Shown: positions 34,986-41,314 of the stretch, in pieces
Layout: each line of letters starts with the position of its first letter
How positions within the stretch are numbered: the stretch's first letter is position 1
The notes under the pieces: model-generated
The model's input: the letters and a program-made list of their open reading frames with translations, nothing else
Database searches by the model: none
Told to the model about the DNA's origin: nothing
Assembly (NCBI GenBank): GCA_002104905.1
Contig: MCFE01000735.1
Coordinates: forward strand, 1 to 41,314
Length of the DNA: 41,314 bases
Origin: Basidiobolus meristosporus CBS 931.73
Lineage: Eukaryota; Fungi; Basidiobolomycota
Reading direction: 5' to 3'
Position numbers and translations under genes: made by a program

Positions 34986-35358
34986 TTAGGGGGAGGAAAG
35001 TCACCAAGTAGTGAAATCCTTATTTACTTATGACAAGTATCTAAAGAAGCCAAGTTAATCTGAAGTTATTCCTAGAAAGCTAGGTCTGAGAGATATCTTC
35101 CTGGTAAGCCAGGTCTGAGAGTTGAGAAGCTGAGTGGTACTATATTTCCTAGTTAGCTAGGTCTGAGAGAGGTTTCCTGGAAAGCCTGGCTTGAGAAGTG
35201 AGAATCTGAATATATCTGAGCTAACTTATACTGGTTTGCGGTAGCTGAATTGTGACCGGAATGGCCAGTAGACTGGGGGAACTGAGATGAATTTCTGGGC
35301 AATCACTGGCAATATTTACTGGGCAAATCTGGCCAATTAGCATTTCAAGGATTTCAGC
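34986..35358 (-). mobile_element. Putative non-autonomous (SINE-like) member of the telomeric array: LINE-type 3' tail with a non-coding repetitive body
   Basis: TTAGGGGGAGGAAAGTCACCAAGTAGTGAAATCCTTATTT...AAAGAAGCCA matches the tail at 35359. The body has no ORF2 homology and contains four copies of a roughly 29-bp motif, TTCCT(A/G)G..AGC(T/C)(A/T)GG(T)CT. Confidence 0.6.
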
Positions 35359-36135
35359 TTAGGGGGGAGGGAAAGTCACCAAGTTGGTGAAATCTTTATT
35401 TGAGTTAAGAACTGATCTAAGTACAAATAAAGAAGCCAATCAAGAGGTCTAGAACCTCTCTAATAAGTAGTCTAATTTATGTTTTGTTTCATCTCTGATG
35501 TTTGTTTCAATAAAGTAAAGATCATCAGGGGTAAATATAAAATTCAAGGGTTTTGGGGGAAGTACAAATTGTAGATGTTTCTGATCAATATAATCCAAGT
35601 CTGGAACACAGCCTGGGATTAGGTGTAGTAGGAAAGGTGTGTGAACTTGTAAGTAGCTCTGCCACATAGATCTTAGATGGTCCTGAGCCAGTAGTCTTGG
35701 CTTCTCAGCTTTTTGAAGTTTTGAAGTAAGCTCTGTTACTACAGCAGAGCCAACCAGGGTGTGCCAGCAAGAAGATTTCAGGGAGGAGTTAGATTTAAGC
35801 CATTGTTTGATGGAGGGGTTGTGTGATTTCTGAAGTTTGACTAGGAAGGAAGCACAGAGATAGACCATTTGGATTTGGCATGGGTAGAACCAAAAGGCTC
35901 CATTAGTTGCATGGATATAGGGAGATACTGGAAGATAAGGTACCAAGGATTTGATACACTGATGGAGAAATTTATCCAGGTGGTGAAGCTCACTGGAGGT
36001 TAGGGGTATAATGTGGAGACCAAATTCAAGTACTGGCAGTACATACTGCTTCAGAAGTATAGGGATCTTTGGAATTGGAGTGTCTGGAGTGACTACTACC
36101 AGAAGCTTTTTGAGAGCCTGTTGGGCAAGATGGGC
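35359..36135 (-). mobile_element. 5'-truncated copy of a divergent subfamily of the telomeric LINE (ORF2 C-terminus open, stop at 35449)
   Basis: LKQYVLPVLEFGL...LDKF...CIKSLVP.LP..PY.HA..GAF...SCW.T..G...EKP.L...L..W..YLQ.HTPF aligns with the C-terminus of ORF2 at 36569-39322. The 3' end is TTAGGGGGG. Confidence 0.88.
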
Positions 36136-36503
36136 TAGGGGGAGACAGTCACCAACAGGTGAAATCTTTATTTCAGTAGAAATAAAGAAGCCAGCGCTAC
36201 TGTTGTAGCTTTGATACAAGAGTGTGTAGCTGAGGGGAATTTGTAGGTAAGTTCATAAAAGTGATGATAGCTCTTCAGTGCTCAAGACACTGTTCAGTGG
36301 GAAGGGGGGTAGCAAGAGAGGTAAGAATGACTTGTGAACAACATTAATGAGGGGAATGTGATAAGGATTGATATTCATCATAAACGGAATGTGCTGCTGC
36401 AGATATTGCTGCCAAAGTGCTGTCAAGTACTTCAGGTAGGCCAGCTTGGGTATTTCTGACTGCAGAATATAGTAAACAAACTTCTTGACTTCAGGATCTC
36501 CAA
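36136..36503 (-). mobile_element. 5'-truncated (about 370 bp) copy closely related to the full-length telomeric LINE
   Basis: Near-identical to 36506-36872. The 3' end TAGGGGGAGACAGTCACC joins the previous element, and the copy ends at ...GGATCTCCAA. Confidence 0.92.
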
Positions 36504-36568
36504 GTTAGGGGGGGAGACAGTCACCAACAGGTGAAATCTTTATTTCAGTTGAAACAAAGAAGCCAGCG

Positions 36569-39337
36569 CTACTGTTGTAGCTTTGATACAAGAGTGTGTA
36601 GCTGAGGGGAGTTTGTAGGTACGTTAATAAGAAGTGATGATAGTTCTTCAGTGCTCAAGACACTGTTCAGTGGGAAGGGGGGTAGCAAGAGAGGTAAGAA
36701 TGACTTGTGAACAACATTAATGAGGGGAATGTGATAAGGATTGATATTCATCATAAAGGGAGTGTGCTGCTGCAGATATTGCTGCCAAAGGTCTGTCAAG
36801 TACTTCAGGTAGGCCAGCTTGGGTTTTTCTGACTGCAGAATAAATTCTGCAAACTTCTTGACTTCAGGATCTCCAAGTATAGTTCTCCAGCAGGAGCCAG
36901 GTGTTGTGTGGTGTGTTCTCTTCCAGGCCTTAATCAGTGGGTTGTTGCAGTGGTGAAGTCTGAGATATAATCTGGTTCTAAGGTAGAGAAGTCTGATCTT
37001 ATAGGGCATAAACCCAAAAGCACCAAGAATAGCATGTCTGTAGGGGCATTCAGGCAAATGAGGCACCAAGGAGGTAATGCACCATACTGCAAACTTGTCA
37101 AGCTTAGTGCAGTCTCTAGAAGTAAGAGAGAGAAGTGGTAAGCCAAATTCCAGTACAGGGAAGACAAACTGCTTGAGTAGAAGAAGGCAGCTGGGAGCTG
37201 AAGTTGTAGGAGGAGTAACAGCCAGTAGCTTGTGGAGTGCCTGTCTTGCCAGGATAATTCTCTTCTTCAGGTGTGCTCCAGAGTCTAGTCCAGTAGGAAG
37301 GAAAGGAAAGCCAAGATATGTAGCAGAAACCTGAGCAGGTAGAGTGGAGTTCTCTAAGGTGATGGGAGAGCCCAAAGGTACTGTCTTTGCAATGGAAAGC
37401 TGGAGATTATTCTTCTGCAGATACTGGTGGATGGTCTGGGAGTCTTGTTGCACATTGGAGGAGGATATTCTGATGTCATCAGCAAAGAGAGTAACCAGGC
37501 AGTCAGCTGAGAGTCTTGGGAAATCATTCAGGAAGATGGCAAACAGTATAGGACCAAGCACAGAGCCTTGAACCACTCCATTAGGAACTGAGAACACAGC
37601 TGATTGCTCACTTGGGTGCAGAATTCTTGCTTGTGGATCCAGAAACAGGGACCTGACAAGGAGGGTGAGAGAGGTACTGGAGAAGCATTGCAACTTGGAC
37701 CAAAGCAGATTTCTGTCAACTGAATCAAAGGCCTTAGTAATATCAAACAGAACTGAGGGATACTTGCACTGGAGAGAGTGATCTTGGCTAAGTATGACTG
37801 CATATTCCAAGGAGAGGCCAGGAACAAAGCCAAACTGTGCAGGATGAAACTTGAGGGAGTCAGAGTAGAGCTCCTGAGCAAGCAGAAGCTCAAACACCTT
37901 TCTGCAGGTGGGCAGCAGAGATATTGGCCTGTAGGAGCTAGGATCCAGGTGCTTTCCTTTACCCTTGTACAGTGGCAGAACATTTGCAAAGGACCATTCC
38001 TCAGGAGTAGAAAGCTGGGCTGAGCATTGCTGAAACAGTGGAAGCAGAAGTGCAGACATGGCCTTGGTACTAGTCTTCAGAAGCTCATAGGAGATTGTGT
38101 CCACACCTGGAGCAGTAGAGTTGGGAAGCCTCTTGAGCACATTATGGATTCTCCTTTGATCAAGTGCAAGTGGGATGGGCAGAGTCTTGAAGTCAGGATG
38201 AAAGCCAGGAGTTGAGTACTGCTTTGTAGAGAAGAAGATGTTAGCCAGCTGTTCTGTTGAAGGTAACTTCCTGGAAGAGGGCCTCATTGCCCTGTAGAGT
38301 CTTGATACTGTTCTTGTTATAGAGTTGGAAGATTGCAGAGGCAAGGAACTCATAATATGATCCCAGAGCTGAGTATGCAGAGTGTGGTGAATTGCCTTGG
38401 AGTGGTGTATTGCTATCAGGAGGAGTTTCTCTGTTTTTGGGTTAGGGAAACTCAGGTAGCTTTGTTGCAGGGCTGAAACAATGGATTCCCATTTTCTTGA
38501 GGTAACAGCAGTAGTCTTGCATGGCAGTGAGAGGGAGGCAGACACCAGAATCAGATGCTTCACAAAGAGCCAGGCATAGTTGAGATCATCTGGCAGAGAA
38601 AGTAGCAAACTGGCAAGCTTCAAGTAGTTCCCAAAGTCTTTCTTCTGATTCTTGGTAGCTTTGTGGGTGAGCACAGTAAGTTTTGGCAGCTTCTTCTTCA
38701 CAACTGGTTGCATAGAAAGGGACCAGGCTGGGTGGTCAGAGGCTCTCAAGGATCCTAGCTCAGCTCCAGAGAATTGCTTAACTTCATCCACAAAGTAGAG
38801 GGCAGCAGCAGAAGGGCAGATCCAGTCAACACATCTTTTCTCAGATTGAGCACCTAGTGCTAGCAGATGGCTTTCTCTCAGGAAGTTCAGTAGGAATGTA
38901 GACCTTGGCTTCATTCTTGCAGTCAGAGTAGTCTTGTTCTCAGGATGGGGAATGTTGAGATCTCCAAGCAAGATAATAGGTGTTGATATAGATTGCTGGT
39001 ATTGCTGAACTTTCTGGCATATAACTTGCACTTCCTGAAGGGCAAGACTTGGAGGCAGATAGCAGAGCACCAGACTGATAGTTGGCAACTGGAGAGCAGC
39101 ACAGTAAGGGGAGTAAAGAGGAACACAGAGCTGAGGAGTATTAATGGTAGAAGAGATGAAGCAGATAGAGGAGGTATTCTTTGTTCTAGGAGTAGAAAAG
39201 CAATATAGATTAGTCAAAAGTATAGAGGGTAGCTGAACATCAATCAAACACAGGAGGGAAAATCTTGAAAGAAGTCTCTCTAGAGTTGGTCTTGATGGCT
39301 GTATGCTGTTGCAGTTAAGCAACAGAACTTCAGGTAG
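36569..39337 (-). CDS. LINE ORF2: AP-endonuclease plus reverse transcriptase (922 codons after the ORF1 stop; no ATG before residue 137 of the track translation)
   Basis: APE motifs LLLNCN, LCYLPP, LLGDLN, RCVDWI and SDH. RT motifs APGVDTI, YRPISLL, QFGF, FDITKAFDSV, GVVQGSVLGPILF, FADD and YLG. No RNase H or C-terminal CCHC was seen. Confidence 0.93.
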   Translation of the reverse strand, partial: LPEVLLLNCNSIQPSRPTLERLLSRFSLLCLIDVQLPSILLTNLYCFSTPRTKNTSSICFISSTINTPQLCVPLYSPYCAALQLPTISLVLCYLPPSLALQEVQVICQKVQQYQQSISTPIILLGDLNIPHPENKTTLTARMKPRSTFLLNFLRESHLLALGAQSEKRCVDWICPSAAALYFVDEVKQFSGAELGSLRASDHPAWSLSMQPVVKKKLPKLTVLTHKATKNQKKDFGNYLKLASLLLSLPDDLNYAWLFVKHLILVSASLSLPCKTTAVTSRKWESIVSALQQSYLSFPNPKTEKLLLIAIHHSKAIHHTLHTQLWDHIMSSLPLQSSNSITRTVSRLYRAMRPSSRKLPSTEQLANIFFSTKQYSTPGFHPDFKTLPIPLALDQRRIHNVLKRLPNSTAPGVDTISYELLKTSTKAMSALLLPLFQQCSAQLSTPEEWSFANVLPLYKGKGKHLDPSSYRPISLLPTCRKVFELLLAQELYSDSLKFHPAQFGFVPGLSLEYAVILSQDHSLQCKYPSVLFDITKAFDSVDRNLLWSKLQCFSSTSLTLLVRSLFLDPQARILHPSEQSAVFSVPNGVVQGSVLGPILFAIFLNDFPRLSADCLVTLFADDIRISSSNVQQDSQTIHQYLQKNNLQLSIAKTVPLGSPITLENSTLPAQVSATYLGFPFLPTGLDSGAHLKKRIILARQALHKLLAVTPPTTSAPSCLLLLKQFVFPVLEFGLPLLSLTSRDCTKLDKFAVWCITSLVPHLPECPYRHAILGAFGFMPYKIRLLYLRTRLYLRLHHCNNPLIKAWKRTHHTTPGSCWRTILGDPEVKKFAEFILQSEKPKLAYLKYLTDLWQQYLQQHTPFMMNINPYHIPLINVVHKSFLPLLLPPFPLNSVLSTEELSSLLINVPTNSPQLHTLVSKLQQ

Positions 39338-40846
39338 TCAGGCAGAGGTTGTAGCTTCTTCAGAGGCAGCATTGACAATGTGACCTGCAGAGTCCCAGAG
39401 CTCTTCAAATGGTGCATCACTTAAGTCAGCAAGGAGGGAAATGGCATGGTTCTTGAGGAAGTATGCCACATCATAGGAGGGGGCTTGTCTCTTGATGGCA
39501 GCAAAGAAAGACAGAATGGCAACATGGGCTGGAGGCTTGTTGAACAGTAGAGAGTCAGAGGATTCAGATTCTTCAGGCACTATCTTGAAGTCAGTTTTCA
39601 GCCAGTTAAGGTTCTTCTCCACAAAGGCAACAAATGGGTCAGCAATGTTTTGGTCTAGGATAACCTCCAGAATCTTCCCTTTTCTCCAGGCCAGGTTGAC
39701 AATTCTTGAGTGCTGAATATTGCATGCCTTGAGTGCTTTCCTGATGTTGGAAATGGGAGTCCAGGGAACTTGCTTCAAGTACACCACAGTCCAGGTAGAA
39801 GCTGGTGGTAGGTTTGCTGGGGGCTTGTAAGTCCTTCTGTGTGGCAATGGAGCTGCAGTAGTCAGATTGGAGTCCACATTCTCAGTAGAGGGTTTTCTTG
39901 ATGTGTCTTGCTGAATGGTACTGGAGCTGGATGTGTTGATAATTCTTGCTAGAACCTTGCCTGCATAAGTCTGAGGTATAGCTGAGGTGACTGTAGAGGT
40001 GGTGGCAGCTGGTGCAGGTGGAGAGGCAGAAACTGAAGCAGGAACTGAGGTCACCTGGGAGAAGGCAGTAGAAGCAGGTTTTCTGGGAGGAACAGAGTTC
40101 ACTATCCAGTTGTTCTGTAAAACACTGGAGTAGCTTTTCTGTGGAACAGGATCTTGCTCTTGAACAGGAACAGAAGCAGCAGGCTGGGGCTGAGCAGTAG
40201 TGGTAAGGCAGTGGCACTCCAAGGAAGCTTTTTGCAAGGCATCTCTGGCAGTTTTCAGGGCAGTATTGGCTTCATTCTTAAGCTTCTTGCATTGGGCATC
40301 CAGTCTCTTGTTTTCAATAGTCAGGGCAGTATTGGCAGCCTCTAAATCAGCAATTCTCTTCTCAATTGCAAGGAATCTCTGAAGAAATGCATCAGTAGAA
40401 GTGCTGGCATCTGGGAGCGCAGTGGCAGGAATAGAGTCCATTGACAGTGGGCTTCTTGGAGGCAAGGAAAGTGGACTGGCAGATTCAGGCACAAAAGGAG
40501 ATATCCTGGCAGGAGGAGAAGGAGTATCCAAGGCAGTAACAGAGGCAATTCTTGTTGGTGAAGCAGCAGCAGGGGAGGCAAGCCTGTTCAGAAACTGGGC
40601 AGGAGAGAGTGCTTGAGGAGAGGGAGTCTTCAGCTTGCCAAGCATGTCTTCCATCAGAGTGATACCAATATTCCTGGTGCATTTGCAGAGAAAAGTAAGC
40701 TTCCTGAGTCTGCCAGCTCTTCCATTCCTTCTGATAGTTCCTTTGTTTCCACAGTTGGGGCAAGAAATCTTCTTGATAGACTTGTCAAAGCAATCAAGAA
40801 CCTTCCTTTCAGGTGTAGTGGGCTCCTGTTGAGGTTTTGGTGGCAT
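39338..40846 (-). CDS. LINE ORF1 (502 aa from ATG 40846): N-terminal Cys4 zinc-ribbon-like motif, coiled coil, Pro/Ser/Thr linkers and a C-terminal alpha/beta domain
   Basis: CPNCGNKGTIRRNG...FLCKC; heptad-rich FLQRFLAIEKRIADLEAANTALTIENKRL; WTVVYLKQVPWTPISNIRKAL. It lies directly upstream of ORF2. Confidence 0.85.
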   Translation of the reverse strand: MPPKPQQEPTTPERKVLDCFDKSIKKISCPNCGNKGTIRRNGRAGRLRKLTFLCKCTRNIGITLMEDMLGKLKTPSPQALSPAQFLNRLASPAAASPTRIASVTALDTPSPPARISPFVPESASPLSLPPRSPLSMDSIPATALPDASTSTDAFLQRFLAIEKRIADLEAANTALTIENKRLDAQCKKLKNEANTALKTARDALQKASLECHCLTTTAQPQPAASVPVQEQDPVPQKSYSSVLQNNWIVNSVPPRKPASTAFSQVTSVPASVSASPPAPAATTSTVTSAIPQTYAGKVLARIINTSSSSTIQQDTSRKPSTENVDSNLTTAAPLPHRRTYKPPANLPPASTWTVVYLKQVPWTPISNIRKALKACNIQHSRIVNLAWRKGKILEVILDQNIADPFVAFVEKNLNWLKTDFKIVPEESESSDSLLFNKPPAHVAILSFFAAIKRQAPSYDVAYFLKNHAISLLADLSDAPFEELWDSAGHIVNAASEEATTSA

Positions 40847-40915
40847 ATCCAGAGTTTCAGCTTCAAATTTCAATTTTTGAGATTTTTGGGTGATTTTTGA
40901 TGGGCGGGATCAAAA

Positions 40916-40929
40916 TTAGGGTTAGGGTT
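40916..40929 (+). repeat. Internal telomeric tract TTAGGGTTAGGGTT in the LINE 5' region
   Basis: Read directly; about 140 bp proximal to the terminal array. Confidence 0.9.
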
Positions 40930-41070
40930 GCGCGCTGTGACTGCTTTTTACGATCGCAAGGTCAGAACCTAGGAAAAAATAAAAATAGTTAGTAAAGGTG
41001 ATTTAATGGATGGATGGATGGATTCGGAGTCAGATTCAATCAAAAAATCAAATCGTTGACTAATTTAAGA

Positions 41071-41314
41071 GGTTAGGGTTAGGGTTAGGGTTAGGGTTAG
41101 GGTTAGGGTTAGGTTAGGGTTAGGGTTAGGGTTAGGGTTAGGGTTAGGGTTAGGGTTAGGGTTAGGGTTAGGGTTAGGGTTAGGGTTAGGGTTAGGGTTA
41201 GGGTTAGGGTTAGGGTTAGGGTTAGGGTTAGGGTTAGGGTTAGGGTTAGGGTTAGGGTTAGGGTTAGGGTTAGGGTTAGGGTTAGGGTTAGGGTTAGGGT
41301 TAGGGTTAGGTTAG
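41071..41314 (+). repeat. Telomere, (TTAGGG)n, about 40 units, G-strand running towards the window end
   Basis: Direct repeat array to the last base, with one TTAGG variant near 41109-41113. Confidence 0.99.

Larger units (their letters stand above)
36504..41070 (-). mobile_element. Apparently full-length APE-type non-LTR retrotransposon (LINE) abutting the telomere, 5' end distal
   Basis: Two long open frames. 3' UTR with AATAAA (36539-36544), a hairpin and a C7 tract joined to GTTAGGG. 5' region next to the terminal repeats. Confidence 0.92.

Noticed and set aside
35449-36219. 256-aa ORF in the track as an independent gene
   Set aside because: It is chimeric. The first 28 or so codons are an off-frame reading of the 3' tail of the copy at 36136-36503, fused by chance to the ORF2 C-terminus of the divergent copy.
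38439-38447. GGGTTAGGG inside ORF2
   Set aside because: It encodes F-P-N-P on the coding strand. A single 9-mer is expected by chance in a window this size.
40900-41000. AACCCTAACCCTAA plus splice signals as a telomerase RNA gene
   Set aside because: In fungal TERs the spliceosomal signals lie 3' of the template, but here they are 5' of it. The segment runs straight into ORF1, and no pseudoknot was recognised.
41105-41118. TTAGG variant unit in the telomere
   Set aside because: A single G deletion in a homopolymer is a typical sequencing or consensus error or telomerase slip. It is not evidence of a second repeat type.

Overview
This window is the right-hand end of a fungal chromosome and ends in about 40 TTAGGG repeats. 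A non-Dikarya lineage is inferred but cannot be proven from the sequence. Three compartments are visible. (1) 1-1920: CpG-poor relic DNA, including the 3' end and LTR of a Ty1/copia element. (2) About 2100-22000: a compact, CpG-rich gene block with short introns. It holds TMX2-like, YPP1/TTC7-like, a 54-aa mitochondrial-type micro-ORF, a VPS10 with three Vps10p domains, SQT1/AAMP-like WD40, a secreted Cys-rich protein and a secreted S8 subtilisin. (3) About 22000-41314: a subtelomere of pseudogene relics, stacked and nested copia elements with a half-tRNAiMet-type PBS, and a polarised head-to-tail array of non-LTR retroelements joined through (T/C)TAGGG. The distal array member is an apparently intact APE-endonuclease/RT LINE abutting the telomere. 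It has no poly(A) tail and ends in a C-tract complementary to the telomere G-strand. Its ORF1 and ORF2 are in the same frame, separated only by TGA-CTA, a known leaky-stop context. It is almost free of CpG. A fossil copy with degenerate telomere repeats lies about 12 kb inward. The best candidate for an undescribed system is this telomere-targeting LINE family with a non-autonomous partner. Exon boundaries and element ends were read by eye and may be off by a few bases.
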